Positions 10,243 through 21,231 of a DNA stretch of 64,000 nt are shown here, piece by piece; position 1 is the stretch's first letter; every line of letters begins with the position of its first letter. A program made the translations under genes and the position numbers. The notes beneath the pieces were generated by a model that saw only the letters and a list, made by a program, of their open reading frames with translations, ran no database searches and was not told where the DNA came from. The stretch spans positions 96,615 through 160,614 of the forward strand of contig QBZX01000001.1 of NCBI GenBank assembly GCA_003282175.1, written 5' to 3'. This DNA comes from Pelagibacteraceae bacterium AG-337-G06 (GTDB lineage Bacteria > Pseudomonadota > Alphaproteobacteria > Pelagibacterales > AG-422-B15).

Positions 10243-11991
10243 ATGTCCTTTATGGAAAATGAAGAAAAATTTATAGACACATTACGTCATGATACGGCCC
10301 ATGTTCTTGCCATGGCTGTTCAAGAGTTATTCCCTGAAACACAAGTCACTATTGGACCTGTTATTGAGAATGGGTTCTACTATGACTTTGATCGCAAAGA
10401 CCCTTTTACTGATAAAGACCTTAGTGTCATCGAAAAGAAGATGAAAGAAATTGTGAATAGAGATGTGAAGACGTCCTTTAAAGTAATGAAAAGAGAAGAT
10501 GCAATTAAATTATTTTTAGATAAAGGTGAAAAATATAAAGTTGAAATTATTAAAGATTTACCTGAAAGTGAAGAGTTAAAAGTATACTACCATGGTGATT
10601 GGTTTGATTTATGTAAAGGTCCACACTTAGAATCAACTGGAAAGATTGGTAAGGCTTTTAAACTAACAAAAGTCGCAGGGGCATATTGGAGGGGTGACTC
10701 CAATAATCCAATGCTGCAAAGAATATATGGCACGGCATGGGAAACTGAAGAAGAATTAAAAAACCACTTAATGCTTTTAGAGGAAGCTGAAAAAAGAGAT
10801 CATAGAAAACTTGGTAAGCAACTTGATTTTTTTCATTTTCAAGAAGAAGCTCCAGGGTCTGTTTTCTGGCATGCAAAAGGATGGACTTTATTCAGAACAT
10901 TAATCGATTACATGAGACATCGCCAAGAGGAAGCTGGTTATGAAGAGATTAATACTCCTGATATTATGGACAAATCTCTATGGGAACTTTCGGGACATTT
11001 AGAAAAATTTGGTGATAACATGTTCACCACTGAAGCAAGGGAAGATAGAGTTTATGCATTAAAGCCTATGAATTGTCCAGGTTGTGTTCAAGTATACAAG
11101 CAGGGATTGAAAAGTTATCGAGATTTGCCATTAAGAGTTGCAGAATTTGGTAAAGTGCACAGATATGAACCATCTGGAGCCCTGCATGGTTTGATGCGAG
11201 TTAGAGCATTTACCCAGGATGATGCTCATATATTTTGTACTGAGGATCAAATTACTGAAGAAAGCAAAAAAGTTTGCGACCTTGTTCTCAGTATTTATAA
11301 AGATTTTGGATTTGATAAAGTTTCAATTAAATTTTCTGATAGACCAGAGAAAAGAGTTGGCAGTGATGCAATATGGGATAAGTCCGAAGAAGCTCTTCGA
11401 CAAGCCATGGAAGCTACAGGATTAGAATATTCATTGAATCCAGGTGAAGGGGCATTTTACGGTCCAAAGCTGGAATTCATTCTTAAAGATGCAATAGGTC
11501 GTGAATGGCAATGTGGTACTTTGCAAGTTGATTTGAATATGCCTGAAAGATTAGGCGGGCATTTTATTGCTGAGGATGGACAAAAATATAATCCAGTAAT
11601 GCTGCACAGAGCACTATTTGGATCATTAGAGCGTTTCACAGGAATATTAATAGAACATTATGCTGGTGCTCTCCCACTATGGCTTTCACCAGTACAAGCG
11701 GTAGTTACACCAATTACTACTGAAATAAATGAATACGGTGAAGAAGTTTATTCAAGTTTAAAAAACGCTGGAATAAGGGTTGAAAAAGATCTACGCAACG
11801 AAAAAATTAGTTATAAAATAAGAGAAAATTCACTCAAAAAAATTCCATTTCAATTAATTCTTGGAAAGAAAGAAATTGAAGAACGTTCTATAACAATGAG
11901 AGCGTTTGGAAGCGACAAACAAGAAAAAATAAAGTTTGAAAATTTAAATGATTTTTTTATAAAAAAATGTATGATGCCATCACAACAATAG
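10243..11991 (+). CDS. thrS: Threonyl-tRNA synthetase (lacks N-terminal TGS domain)
   Basis: Editing-domain '[12 protein letters not shown]', class II core '[17 protein letters not shown]', 'RDHRKLGK', '[10 protein letters not shown]', and an anticodon-binding C-terminus. The protein begins at the position equivalent to about residue 66 of E. coli ThrRS. Confidence 0.95.
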   Translation: MSFMENEEKFIDTLRHDTAHVLAMAVQELFPETQVTIGPVIENGFYYDFDRKDPFTDKDLSVIEKKMKEIVNRDVKTSFKVMKREDAIKLFLDKGEKYKVEIIKDLPESEELKVYYHGDWFDLCKGPHLESTGKIGKAFKLTKVAGAYWRGDSNNPMLQRIYGTAWETEEELKNHLMLLEEAEKRDHRKLGKQLDFFHFQEEAPGSVFWHAKGWTLFRTLIDYMRHRQEEAGYEEINTPDIMDKSLWELSGHLEKFGDNMFTTEAREDRVYALKPMNCPGCVQVYKQGLKSYRDLPLRVAEFGKVHRYEPSGALHGLMRVRAFTQDDAHIFCTEDQITEESKKVCDLVLSIYKDFGFDKVSIKFSDRPEKRVGSDAIWDKSEEALRQAMEATGLEYSLNPGEGAFYGPKLEFILKDAIGREWQCGTLQVDLNMPERLGGHFIAEDGQKYNPVMLHRALFGSLERFTGILIEHYAGALPLWLSPVQAVVTPITTEINEYGEEVYSSLKNAGIRVEKDLRNEKISYKIRENSLKKIPFQLILGKKEIEERSITMRAFGSDKQEKIKFENLNDFFIKKCMMPSQQ

Positions 11992-12006
11992 ACATAGGAG
12001 ATTAAA

Positions 12007-12555
12007 ATAGCACTTCAAAAGAAAAACAATAGATACAATCAATCTACTAAAGGCCCAAAATTTCGAATTAACGAATTCATAACCACTTCCACAGTTAGAC
12101 TAATTGATGAAAAAGGTAACAACCTTGGAGTTGTTGATACCGATGAAGCTATTAAAAAAGCTTTAGAGGTAGGATTAGATCTTGTTGAAGTATCCCCACA
12201 AGTTGACCCACCGGTATGTAAAATTCTAGACTTTGGAAAATTTAAATATGAGGCTCAAAAAAAAGCCAGTACTTCGAAGAAAAAACAAAAAGAAGTTACA
12301 ATAAAAGAAATAAAAATGCGGCCAGGGATAGATGTTCACGATTATGATTTTAAAGTAAGAGCGGCTCAAAAGTTTATTACTGCTGGAGACAAAGTAAAAT
12401 TTACCATTAGGTTTAAAGGGCGCGAATTCGAGCATCACGATATTGCCGAGAATTTGATGGAAAGAATAAGGGAGACTATGGGATCATCCAGTAAAATTGA
12501 GCAAGAGCCCAAACTAGAAGGCAGGCAATTTACAATGATTTTTACTCCTAACTAG
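12007..12555 (+). CDS. infC: Translation initiation factor IF-3 (non-canonical start)
   Basis: The reading frame is open from 11998 after an in-frame TAG. It translates as 'KFRINEFITTSTVRLIDEKGNNLGVV...VSPQVDPPVCKILDFGKFKYE...IKMRPGID', which is IF-3. There is no ATG/GTG/TTG upstream of codon 12316. The candidates are ATA 12007 (6 nt after AGGAG 11996-12000) or ATT 12001. Confidence 0.9.
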   Translation: MALQKKNNRYNQSTKGPKFRINEFITTSTVRLIDEKGNNLGVVDTDEAIKKALEVGLDLVEVSPQVDPPVCKILDFGKFKYEAQKKASTSKKKQKEVTIKEIKMRPGIDVHDYDFKVRAAQKFITAGDKVKFTIRFKGREFEHHDIAENLMERIRETMGSSSKIEQEPKLEGRQFTMIFTPN

Positions 12556-12634
12556 CATATTTTTTCATATTCTCTTCAATTATAAAAACCTTTGATTTTT
12601 TCCGATCCAGGGGATATAACCCTGCTCATTCATT

Positions 12635-12832
12635 ATGACAAAACTCAAAACAAAAAAGGGCGCTAATAAAAGGTTCAGAGTTACTGCATCTGGGAAAGTT
12701 AAATCTTACCAAAGTGGTAAAAAGCACGGCATGATTAAAAGGACTAATAAGCAGATAAGGAATCAGAGAGGGTCAACTATTCTGTCTGATCAAGATGCCC
12801 GCATTGTTAAAAAGTTTCTACCATATGCATAG
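12635..12832 (+). CDS. rpmI: 50S ribosomal protein L35
   Basis: '[21 protein letters not shown]', 65 aa, in the infC-rpmI-rplT order. Confidence 0.95.
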   Translation: MTKLKTKKGANKRFRVTASGKVKSYQSGKKHGMIKRTNKQIRNQRGSTILSDQDARIVKKFLPYA

Positions 12833-12845
12833 ATAGGTTTTTATT

Positions 12846-13202
12846 ATGGCAAGAGTTAAAAGAGGAGTTACTGCACACGCAAGACACAAGAAGGTGATCA
12901 AGCAAGCTAAAGGTTACAGAGGTCGACGAAAAAACACCTTTAAAGTTGCAAAGCAGGCAGTTGAAAAATCTCTACAATACGCATATCGTGATCGCCGGGC
13001 CAAAAAGAGAGACTTTAGGTCTTTATGGACTCAAAGAATAAATGCTGGGGCAAGAGAGTACGGTATATCATACTCAGTTTTTATAAGCGGATTGAAAAAA
13101 TTGAATATCTCACTTGATAGAAAGATCCTAGCTGATTTAGCAATGAATGAACCATCGTCGTTTAAGCATTTGGCCGAACAAGTTCAATCTGTCGCTAAAT
13201 AA
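12846..13202 (+). CDS. rplT: 50S ribosomal protein L20
   Basis: '[17 protein letters not shown]...YRDRR' signature, 118 aa. Confidence 0.95.
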   Translation: MARVKRGVTAHARHKKVIKQAKGYRGRRKNTFKVAKQAVEKSLQYAYRDRRAKKRDFRSLWTQRINAGAREYGISYSVFISGLKKLNISLDRKILADLAMNEPSSFKHLAEQVQSVAK

Positions 13203-13273
13203 CTGGCCTATTAGCTTTTACACAAATATATTCTTATTACAGAAAAAACTAAATCTGATATTGTTGTATTGTT

Positions 13274-14344
13274 ATGGTTGATTTTACAAAACTAGAGCAA
13301 GAAATTACAAATTCTTTATCTAAAGTTACAGATCTAGAAAGCTTGAATGAATGCCGTATAAAATATCTTGGTAAAAAAGGAGAGATCTCTCTTTTAATGA
13401 AGAAGCTTGCTAATCTCTCAGGCGAAGATAGAAAAAAACAAGCTGAAATACTAAATACTCTTAAAAATAAAACATTAAGTCTTATTGAAGACAAGACAGA
13501 AGAACTAAACGATAGGAATTTAAATGAAAAATTATCCTCTGAGACACTCGATGTAACATTACCAGTATCAAGTTCTTTTGGATCAATTCACCCTATAACT
13601 CAAGTCATTGAGGAAGTAGTAACAATATTTGGTGACTTAGATTTTTATGTTGCAGAGGGGCCAGAAGTCGAAACGGACTATAATAATTTCACTGCGCTAA
13701 ATACATCAGAACATCATCCGGCAAGGCAAATGCATGATACATTTTATGTAGAAACGCAAACAGACAATATGCAGAATGTATTAAGAACGCATACATCACC
13801 TGTACAAATCAGGAGCATGCTTGAGCATAAACCTCCTATTAGACTGATTGCTCCTGGGAAAACATTTAGGTGCGATAATGACCAAACACATTCTCCAATG
13901 TTTCATCAAGTTGAGGGATTAGTAATCGATCAAGAAAGCAATATGAGTCATCTCAAGGGATGTCTTGAAATATTTCTTAAAACTTTTTTTGAAACAGATA
14001 AACTTAAAATGAGATTTCGACCAAGTCATTTTCCGTTCACAGAGCCGTCAGCAGAAGTTGATATAGGTTATACAAAAAAAAGGAATCAATTAGTTATTGG
14101 TGAAGGTGATGACTGGCTAGAAATATTAGGCTGCGGGATGGTGCACCCAAAAGTTTTACAAAATGTAAATATTGATCCGAATAGTTTTCAAGGGTATGCC
14201 TTTGGCATGGGCATAGAACGCCTTGCAATGCTTAAGTATGGTATAAGCGATTTAAGGACTTTTTTTGAGTGCGATTTGAGATGGAATAAGCACTATGGCT
14301 TTTCTCCACTGAACTTTCCTTCTCTCATCAGGGACTTAAGCTAA
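13274..14344 (+). CDS. pheS: Phenylalanyl-tRNA synthetase alpha subunit
   Basis: Class II motifs 'HPARQMHDTFY', 'FRPSHFPFTEPSAEVD', 'GFAFGMGIERLAML'. Confidence 0.95.
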   Translation: MVDFTKLEQEITNSLSKVTDLESLNECRIKYLGKKGEISLLMKKLANLSGEDRKKQAEILNTLKNKTLSLIEDKTEELNDRNLNEKLSSETLDVTLPVSSSFGSIHPITQVIEEVVTIFGDLDFYVAEGPEVETDYNNFTALNTSEHHPARQMHDTFYVETQTDNMQNVLRTHTSPVQIRSMLEHKPPIRLIAPGKTFRCDNDQTHSPMFHQVEGLVIDQESNMSHLKGCLEIFLKTFFETDKLKMRFRPSHFPFTEPSAEVDIGYTKKRNQLVIGEGDDWLEILGCGMVHPKVLQNVNIDPNSFQGYAFGMGIERLAMLKYGISDLRTFFECDLRWNKHYGFSPLNFPSLIRDLS

Positions 14345-16731
14345 TGAAGTTCACTTACTCATGGCTAAAAGAGCATCTAGAAACAGAGCATCAATATAAT
14401 GAAGTGGTTGATAAATTAACGGCAATTGGATTGGAGGTAGAGAGTGTTCAAGATACAGGCCTAGCCTATAAAGACTTTATTGTTGGACAGGTTGTGGAAG
14501 AAGAAAAACACCCTAATGCAGATAAACTAAAATTATGCAAAGTAGATACCGGTAGAGAAAAAGTTGATGTAGTATGCGGAGCTCCCAATGTTACAAAAGG
14601 GATGAAAGTTGTTTATGCACCTGTTGGATGTGTCATTCCTGTAAACCAAATGAAAATAAAAGCAGCCAAGATTCGTGGCGTAGAGTCCTATGGAATGATG
14701 TGCTCTGAGTATGAACTTGGAATTTCAAATGAGCACGACGGCATTATCAGTTTAGAGCAAGATACAGAGGTTGGCAGCTCATACGCAGACTTGTCGGGAA
14801 TGAATGATATTTTAATTGAAATAGGTATTACTCCCAACCGTCAAGACTGTTTGGGGGTTTTGGGAGTTGCACGGGATTTAGCCGCAGCAGGTGTTGGGAA
14901 GTTAAAGAATCGAGAGTTCAAGACAGAAAAAGGTTCGTTCGAATCCCCAATTAAAATTGAAATACATGATAATGATATATGCCCAGCATTCGCAGGAAGC
15001 TATATTAAAAATGTAAAAAATGAAGCAAGTCCTGACTGGCTACAGAAAAAATTAAAGTCAATTGGCTTAAGGCCCATTTCCGCTTTAGTTGATATTACAA
15101 ATTATGTAATGTTTGACCTAAATAGACCATTGCATGTCTACGATGCTGATAAAGTTAAAGGAAAAATTATAGTTCGATCAGCTCAAGACGGTGAAAGCTT
15201 TAAAGCTTTAGATGAAAAGACCTATGATTTAAAAAAGGGTATGTGCACAATTTCGGATGAAGAAAAGGTTTTAGGTCTGGGAGGCATTATGGGTGGTGAA
15301 AGTACGGGGTGTAATTTTGATACCATTAATGTCCTTTTAGAATCTGCACTTTTTGATAACGTAAATACAGCAAGAACAGGAAGAGATTTATCAATATTAA
15401 GCGATGCAAGATATAGATTTGAAAGAGGAATTGATCCAAGGTCAACTTTAGAGGGGATTAACTATGCAACTCAACTAATACTTGAAATATGTGGAGGTGA
15501 GTGCAGTGAAATTGTATTAGCCGGACAAATATCTGAAACTCTAAATACAATTCCTATTTCAGGTAAAAATATAGTTAAAAGATTGGGACTAGAGATCACA
15601 GATGATGAAATTATTTTAATTTTGAATTCTTTAGGCTTCGGAGCAAAGAAAAGTGGTGAGAGTATTCAATGTACAATTCCATCATGGCGGCAGGATATCC
15701 ACGGAGAAGCAGATATAAGTGAGGAAATTATTCGTATCAAAGGGTATGAAAATATTCCAACTTCAAATATTAGAGCTATCAGTAAGGTCAACAAAGATAT
15801 ACTAAATAGTACACAAAAAATTATTTCAAAGGCAAAGCATTTCATAGCGTCAGAGGGATATAATGAATTTATTACATTCTCTTTTTCAGATTCTAAGAAA
15901 AGTATTTTTTTTGGAGAAGTTGAAAAATTAAAAATAATCAATCCGATTTCAGAGGATTTAGATATATTAAGACCTAGCCTTATTCCTAACTTATTAGCAT
16001 CAATTAAAAAAAATACAGCACGAGGAATTGATTCTTTGTCTATTTTTGAAGCTGGCAGTCAGTACAGTTCAACCACTCCTGAAGATCAAATTAATTCAAT
16101 ATGCGGGGTAAAATATGGCTTAAGCAATAGTAAGACTTGGAGAAGTGAAAAAAAAGAATTTGATATTTTTGATGTTAAAAATGATCTATTAAACGTTATA
16201 AATTATTTAGTACAAGGAAATAAGAAAATTTCAATCTCTGATGAAGCCCCTTCATGGTATCATCCAGGACGTTCAGGTAAGATTATCCTAAACAAGAAAA
16301 TAGAGATTGGTTACTTTGGCGAATTACATCCAAGAATTGCAAATAAATTTAAAATAAAAACAAGAGTAAACTTATTTGAGCTAATGATCGATAATGTTCC
16401 CTTGACCGAAAAGAAGACCACGAACAAACCACAACTAATTTTAAGTGATTTTCAAAGTGTAACTAGAGATTTTGCGTTTATACTTGATAAGGATGTCAAA
16501 AGTAGTGATTTAATCAAAGCTGCATTAAATGTTGATACAAAAATAATAAAGAGTGCAGAAATATTTGACTTATTTGAGGACAAAAGTTTGGGAGATGATA
16601 AAAAATCAATAGCAATAAAAGTTGTTTTGCAGTCTGAAGAAAAGACATTAAATGAAAACGATATTAATAGCTTGAGTTCAAAAATAGTTGAGGCTATTGA
16701 AAAATCTACTTCTGGAACTGTTCGATCATAA
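14344..16731 (+). CDS. pheT: Phenylalanyl-tRNA synthetase beta subunit
   Basis: '[12 protein letters not shown]', a tRNA-binding OB domain '[13 protein letters not shown]', and B3/4, B5 and FDX-ACB domains. Its start shares 1 nt with the pheS stop. Confidence 0.95.
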   Translation: MKFTYSWLKEHLETEHQYNEVVDKLTAIGLEVESVQDTGLAYKDFIVGQVVEEEKHPNADKLKLCKVDTGREKVDVVCGAPNVTKGMKVVYAPVGCVIPVNQMKIKAAKIRGVESYGMMCSEYELGISNEHDGIISLEQDTEVGSSYADLSGMNDILIEIGITPNRQDCLGVLGVARDLAAAGVGKLKNREFKTEKGSFESPIKIEIHDNDICPAFAGSYIKNVKNEASPDWLQKKLKSIGLRPISALVDITNYVMFDLNRPLHVYDADKVKGKIIVRSAQDGESFKALDEKTYDLKKGMCTISDEEKVLGLGGIMGGESTGCNFDTINVLLESALFDNVNTARTGRDLSILSDARYRFERGIDPRSTLEGINYATQLILEICGGECSEIVLAGQISETLNTIPISGKNIVKRLGLEITDDEIILILNSLGFGAKKSGESIQCTIPSWRQDIHGEADISEEIIRIKGYENIPTSNIRAISKVNKDILNSTQKIISKAKHFIASEGYNEFITFSFSDSKKSIFFGEVEKLKIINPISEDLDILRPSLIPNLLASIKKNTARGIDSLSIFEAGSQYSSTTPEDQINSICGVKYGLSNSKTWRSEKKEFDIFDVKNDLLNVINYLVQGNKKISISDEAPSWYHPGRSGKIILNKKIEIGYFGELHPRIANKFKIKTRVNLFELMIDNVPLTEKKTTNKPQLILSDFQSVTRDFAFILDKDVKSSDLIKAALNVDTKIIKSAEIFDLFEDKSLGDDKKSIAIKVVLQSEEKTLNENDINSLSSKIVEAIEKSTSGTVRS

Positions 16732-16744
16732 AAAATTATATTCT

Positions 16745-18544
16745 ATGACTGGAACCAAAAATATCAGAAACTTCTCAATTATTGCGCACATTGATCACGG
16801 TAAATCTACACTAGCGGATAGGTTAATACAATTTTGTGGCGGTCTGTCAGATCGAGAGATGAAGTCCCAAGTGCTTGATTCAATGGATATAGAACGAGAA
16901 AGAGGAATTACGATTAAAGCACAGACAGTCCAATTAAAGTACAAGGCTAAAGATGGAGAAATCTATACATTAAATATCATAGACACCCCGGGACATGTGG
17001 ACTTCAGCTACGAAGTTAACCGTTCACTTTCAGCTTGTGAAGGCTCACTTCTTGTTGTTGACGCAAGTCAAGGCGTAGAAGCTCAAACATTAGCAAATTT
17101 ATATCAAGCAGTTGAGAATGATCATGTTATTATTCCTGTCTTAAATAAGATTGATTTACCTGCAGCAGATCCTGAGAGAGTAAAAGGACAAATTGATGAT
17201 ATTCTCGGAATCGATACAAGCAATGTACTAGAAATTTCTGCAAAATCTGGAATAGGTATTGAAGATGTACTTGAAACTATTGTAAATGATCTCCCAGCTC
17301 CCGTTGGGAGTATAACGGAACCTTTAAAAGCATTACTTGTTGATAGTTGGTACGACGCTTACTTAGGAGTTATAGTTTTGGTAAGAGTTATTAATGGTAC
17401 ATTAAAAAAAGGCATGGAAGTCAGGTTCCATCAAACTGATACCAAGCATTTAATTGAAAGAATTGGATGCTTTACCCCCAAAATGATTATCAATGAAGAG
17501 ATTAAGACAGGCGAACTCGGATTTATTACTGCTGCAATTAAAGAGGTTTCTCAAACCAAAGTAGGAGACACTATTATTTTATCAAATGATAAGAAAACCC
17601 AGCCATTGCCTGGCTTCAAACCCAGTCAACCAGTGGTATTTTGTGGTCTTTTTCCAACTAATGCAGCAGACTTTAAATTCTTAAAAGATGCTCTCGCAAA
17701 ATTAAAGCTAAATGATTCAAGTTTTCATTATGAGCAAGAAACTTCAGCTGCATTAGGCATGGGCTTTAGATGTGGTTTCTTAGGATTACTTCACCTTGAG
17801 ATTATTGTTGAAAGATTGGATAGAGAATTTGATTTAGATTTAATCACAACAGCTCCGAGTGTAATTTATGACATCTTACTTACTGATGATAGTAAAATTG
17901 AGCTTCATAATCCAGCAGACATGCCTGAGATAATGAAAATCAAAACAATTTCTGAGCCTTGGATTAAAGCAACGATAATATGTCCAGATGATTATTTAGG
18001 CAGTATCATTTCACTTTGTGAGGACAAAAGAGGCATTCAGAATGAACTGACTTATTCAGGATCAAGAGTAATACTTTCTTATAGGCTACCACTTAATGAA
18101 ATTGTTTTTGATTTTTATGACAAACTAAAATCAATATCAAGTGGATACGCAAGCTTTGATTATGAAATTGATCAGTATATGGAAAGTGATCTTGTTCGTT
18201 TAAGCATTCTAGTTAATGATGAACCTGTTGATGCCTTATCAATTATTGTTCATAGAAACTTTTCTGAGAAGAAGGGTAGAGCAGTGTGTGAAAAACTTAA
18301 GGAATTAATACCAAGACATCAGTTTCATATACCTATTCAAGCAGCAATTGGGGGAAAAATAATCGCTCGAGAAACAGTTCGTGGATACAGAAAAAACGTG
18401 ATTGATAGAATACACGGTGGTGGAGCTACGGACAGAAAAAGAAAACTATTAGATAAGCAAAAAAAGGGTAAGCAAAGACTTAGAACCTACGGAAAAGTAG
18501 ATATTCCTCAAGAAGCATTTATCGCTGCTTTGAAGGTCGAATAA
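16745..18544 (+). CDS. lepA: Elongation factor 4 (LepA)
   Basis: '[20 protein letters not shown]', 'DTPGHVDF', 'NKID' and the LepA C-terminal domain. ATG 16745 is preferred over the 16688 alternative start, which overlaps pheT. Confidence 0.95.
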   Translation: MTGTKNIRNFSIIAHIDHGKSTLADRLIQFCGGLSDREMKSQVLDSMDIERERGITIKAQTVQLKYKAKDGEIYTLNIIDTPGHVDFSYEVNRSLSACEGSLLVVDASQGVEAQTLANLYQAVENDHVIIPVLNKIDLPAADPERVKGQIDDILGIDTSNVLEISAKSGIGIEDVLETIVNDLPAPVGSITEPLKALLVDSWYDAYLGVIVLVRVINGTLKKGMEVRFHQTDTKHLIERIGCFTPKMIINEEIKTGELGFITAAIKEVSQTKVGDTIILSNDKKTQPLPGFKPSQPVVFCGLFPTNAADFKFLKDALAKLKLNDSSFHYEQETSAALGMGFRCGFLGLLHLEIIVERLDREFDLDLITTAPSVIYDILLTDDSKIELHNPADMPEIMKIKTISEPWIKATIICPDDYLGSIISLCEDKRGIQNELTYSGSRVILSYRLPLNEIVFDFYDKLKSISSGYASFDYEIDQYMESDLVRLSILVNDEPVDALSIIVHRNFSEKKGRAVCEKLKELIPRHQFHIPIQAAIGGKIIARETVRGYRKNVIDRIHGGGATDRKRKLLDKQKKGKQRLRTYGKVDIPQEAFIAALKVE

Positions 18545-18634
18545 GGAAAGGTGGCCGAGTGGTTGAAGGCGCACGCTTGGAAAGCGTGTATGCGGGTGAC
18601 CGTATCGTGGGTTCGAATCCCATCCTTTCCGCCA
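18545..18634 (+). tRNA. tRNA-Ser (anticodon GGA)
   Basis: Acceptor GGAAAGG/CCTTTCC, D-loop 'GCCGAGTGGTTGAAGGC', anticodon stem CACGC/GCGTG with loop TT-GGA-AA, a long variable arm, T-loop GGTTCGAATCC, and an encoded CCA. It starts immediately after the lepA stop. Confidence 0.9.
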
Positions 18635-18682
18635 TTTTTATAATTTAAATGCATTATATTTATATAATGATAATTTAACTAC

Positions 18683-19336
18683 ATGAAGCTGTACAAAAAA
18701 ATAATAAGAGAATTATTTAGAAACAAGATTACAAAAAGATTTATAAACTCTGCTCAGTACTGGGAAGATAGATACTATTATGGCGGTAATTCTGGAAGTG
18801 GTTCATATTATAAAAATGCCTTAGAAAAGGCTGATTACCTTAATGCTAAAATAGATCAATTTGATATAGATACCATAGTAGACATTGGGTGTGGTGATGG
18901 GAATAATTTGAAACTCTTTAAGATTCAAAATTATTATGGTTTTGACGTGAGCAAGACGATTATATTGCATAATAAAAGGGAATTTAAAAATGACCAGAGT
19001 AAACAATTTGCAATTATTGATAAAAATTTTGAGGAAGAATTATCTAATATCAAAAATAAAAAAAATGTAGAAAAAATAGTATGTGTCAGTTTTGATGTCA
19101 TTGGTCATTTAGTTGAAGATAATATTTATGAAAATCATTTAAGAAGTTTTGATTTAGTAAATCCTGATTATTTAATAATATCTAATTTTGATGTAGACCA
19201 AGAATATGATTTATCGACTCCACATATAAAGGCAAGAAATTATTCCAAAGATTTGTTAAATATGGGTTGGGAATTAGTTGATGTTCATACCGAAAATAAT
19301 AATCTCAAACTTTTTAAAAAAACGTTTAATCAATGA
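18683..19336 (+). CDS. Putative class I SAM-dependent methyltransferase
   Basis: Motif I 'VDIGCGDGNN' and an acidic post-I residue 'YGFDVS'. No further specificity is discernible. Confidence 0.55.
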   Translation: MKLYKKIIRELFRNKITKRFINSAQYWEDRYYYGGNSGSGSYYKNALEKADYLNAKIDQFDIDTIVDIGCGDGNNLKLFKIQNYYGFDVSKTIILHNKREFKNDQSKQFAIIDKNFEEELSNIKNKKNVEKIVCVSFDVIGHLVEDNIYENHLRSFDLVNPDYLIISNFDVDQEYDLSTPHIKARNYSKDLLNMGWELVDVHTENNNLKLFKKTFNQ

Positions 19337-19374
19337 AACATATTTTGATTACAAAATTTATCTATTTAAATAAA

Positions 19375-19515
19375 TTATTCATCTAACTTATTTTCAATGT
19401 AATCCAACTTTATACCCAATTTTTCAACTTTAGATTTGATTTTTAAGATATTAAAAAAAATTAAAAAAATAATTATTATTAATAAAAATACAAAGGCAAT
19501 GATAAGTGTATTCAC
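19375..19515 (-). CDS. Hypothetical 46-aa single-TM mini-protein (GTG start)
   Basis: Hand translation: (M)NTLIIAFVFLLIIIIFLIFFNILKIKSKVEKLGIKLDYIENKLDE. It has a hydrophobic N-terminus and a charged tail. AT-rich DNA yields such ORFs by chance. Confidence 0.2.
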   Translation of the reverse strand: MNTLIIAFVFLLIIIIFLIFFNILKIKSKVEKLGIKLDYIENKLDE

Positions 19516-19573
19516 AGTAAAATGAATTTATTTTTTTATAAAAAAATTAAACTATTTAAAATTGATAATAATT

Positions 19574-19738
19574 TTATAAACCACCAGTTATTAGCCCTAC
19601 CATTCCAAGAATTAACCATAAAATAAGCATAGCCTTTTCATCAAACTTTTTAGTACTTTCAATCCCTTTAATTTGCTTTCTAGCAAATAGGCTTAGTAGT
19701 AATACAAGAACTATCAGATATACTATAGTAAACGCCAT
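19574..19738 (-). CDS. Hypothetical 54-aa two-TM mini-protein
   Basis: Hand translation from the ATG: MAFTIVYLIVLVLLLSLFARKQIKGIESTKKFDEKAMLILWLILGMVGLITGGL. Two hydrophobic helices flank a basic loop. Confidence 0.3.
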   Translation of the reverse strand: MAFTIVYLIVLVLLLSLFARKQIKGIESTKKFDEKAMLILWLILGMVGLITGGL

Positions 19739-19787
19739 AAGTGATTAGTGTAGCAAGTAAGAAATAATTGTATATAAATTATATGCA

Positions 19788-20990
19788 ATGAAATTTTTTA
19801 GACATTCTTCTTCCTTATTAGTGATAGTCGGTGGATGTGTTCTTTTATTAATATCGTTTGGAATAAGACACTCATCTGGATTGTATTTAATACCTATTTC
19901 AAACCATATACAAACTGGACGAGAGGTGTTTGGGTTCGCTATTGCAATTCAGTTCTTAATGATAGGGATTGGGTCTCCAATCTTTGGGGCAATCGCTGAT
20001 AAATACAGTTCTTCTATTGCAGGTCTTTACGGGGCAATCTTTTTCTTAATTGGTCTTTATATGATGTCTCTCGTTGAAGGATCCGGTCTTCTAATAGTTT
20101 CGCAAGTAGTTTTTGGTTTTGGTTGCGCTGGTTGTGGAACAGCAGTAATTCTTGGAGCTGTAGGTAAAGCGATTACAGGAAAATATCAGACATTGTCATT
20201 AGGTATTGTAATGGCCGCAGGATCTTTAGGGCAATTTTTAATTGTTCCACTTACTGGATTTATGATTGAAGCAACTGATTGGCAAAAATCAATTGTATAT
20301 CTGTGTTTTATATCTTTGATAATGATCTTGTTTGCTCTGACTCTAACAAAATCGTCTTTTAATTCAGGAAAGAATGATCAAGCTGCTCAATCATTGGCGT
20401 CTGTACTCAACGAAGCTTTTGCAAATAAAAGCTATGTATTATTAACAATAGGGTTTTTTGTATGTGGCTTTCATGTATCATTCGTAGCGACGCATTTGCC
20501 AGCTTACTTAACTGATCTCTCTTTGCCTTTATGGATTGGTTCTTGGTCTCTCGCTTTGATTGGTTTATTTAATGTATTTGGAACATTATATTTTGGTCAT
20601 TTAGGTGATAAAAATTCAAAAAAGAATCTTCTAGTAATACTATACACGCTTCGTGCTCTTTTATTCTTGGTATTTATTTTTCTTCCCAAAACTGAGGTCA
20701 CTGTTCTAATTTTTGCTGCATCGCTCGGTATTCTTTGGCTTTCAACTGTTCCTCTTACGAGTGGTATTATTTCCGTAATTTTTGGTACTAAATATATGTC
20801 TATGTTGTATGGCTTTGCATTTCTCTCTCATCAAGTGGGTTCATTTATGGGTTCTTGGTTTGGAGGCCGTTTTTATGATTTTTATGGTTCATACGATATC
20901 ATGTGGTGGGTATGTGTAGTTCTTGGTTTTGTTTCTGCATTAATGCATTTTCCAATTACTGAAAAACCACTTAAAAAAAGAATTGCTTAA
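19788..20990 (+). CDS. MFS transporter
   Basis: 400 aa with about 12 TM segments and an MFS-like 6+6 layout with a central hydrophilic loop. Confidence 0.85.
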   Translation: MKFFRHSSSLLVIVGGCVLLLISFGIRHSSGLYLIPISNHIQTGREVFGFAIAIQFLMIGIGSPIFGAIADKYSSSIAGLYGAIFFLIGLYMMSLVEGSGLLIVSQVVFGFGCAGCGTAVILGAVGKAITGKYQTLSLGIVMAAGSLGQFLIVPLTGFMIEATDWQKSIVYLCFISLIMILFALTLTKSSFNSGKNDQAAQSLASVLNEAFANKSYVLLTIGFFVCGFHVSFVATHLPAYLTDLSLPLWIGSWSLALIGLFNVFGTLYFGHLGDKNSKKNLLVILYTLRALLFLVFIFLPKTEVTVLIFAASLGILWLSTVPLTSGIISVIFGTKYMSMLYGFAFLSHQVGSFMGSWFGGRFYDFYGSYDIMWWVCVVLGFVSALMHFPITEKPLKKRIA

Positions 20991-21137
20991 ACATATTTTA
21001 AATTTATGGATTATTTTATTGATTCTATTGCTAAATAAGTTTTCCACTTATCCACAAGTTAACAAATGAAAATAATTTTTTTTTTATTTAAAAATTTTTT
21101 TTACTAATCTAAACTTCAATTATCGGAAAAACAAAGA

Positions 21138-21231
21138 TCGAAAGCCTTTCGGGGAGTTTGTTTGGAGTTAGTCCGGAATTTCGGGGTGAGATGGAGACCT
21201 TTTGGGGTTTTTGTCACGCCCCGTTTTTTTT
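21138..21231 (+). promoter_or_regulatory. Candidate structured 5' leader / attenuator upstream of the LysE exporter
   Basis: This is a GC-rich island in an AT-rich spacer. There is a hairpin at 21139-21151 (CGAAA/TTTCG). The motif TTT[CT]GGGG occurs three times (about 21147, 21178, 21200). A terminator-like stem pairs 21182-21188 (CGGGGTG) with 21217-23 (CGCCCCG) and is followed by T8 (21224-21231), 35 nt before the ATG at 21267. Confidence 0.35.

Noticed and set aside
12608-12624. Hairpin CAGGG-N7-CCCTG just upstream of rpmI, considered as a possible L20-type translational operator.
   Set aside because: It has only 5 bp and shows no resemblance I can verify to known L20 leader structures. 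Covariation data would be needed.
16688-16744. Extended starts for lepA (16688) and, by the same logic, def (39657) and yjbQ (25627).
   Set aside because: The extensions overlap the preceding genes and lack family-typical sequence. Internal ATGs give canonical N-termini.
21040-21056. Tandem DnaA-box-like sequence TTTTCCAC-TTATCCACA, with a perfect TTATCCACA at 21048-56, followed by a T10/T8-rich stretch. This could suggest oriC.
   Set aside because: A single perfect 9-mer is expected by chance roughly once per ~130 kb of two-strand sequence. Only two boxes are present and no dnaA, hemE or other origin-linked genes are nearby. I could not compute GC skew. It is more likely chance or a promoter element. 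It could be revisited with a genome-wide DnaA-box cluster and skew analysis.
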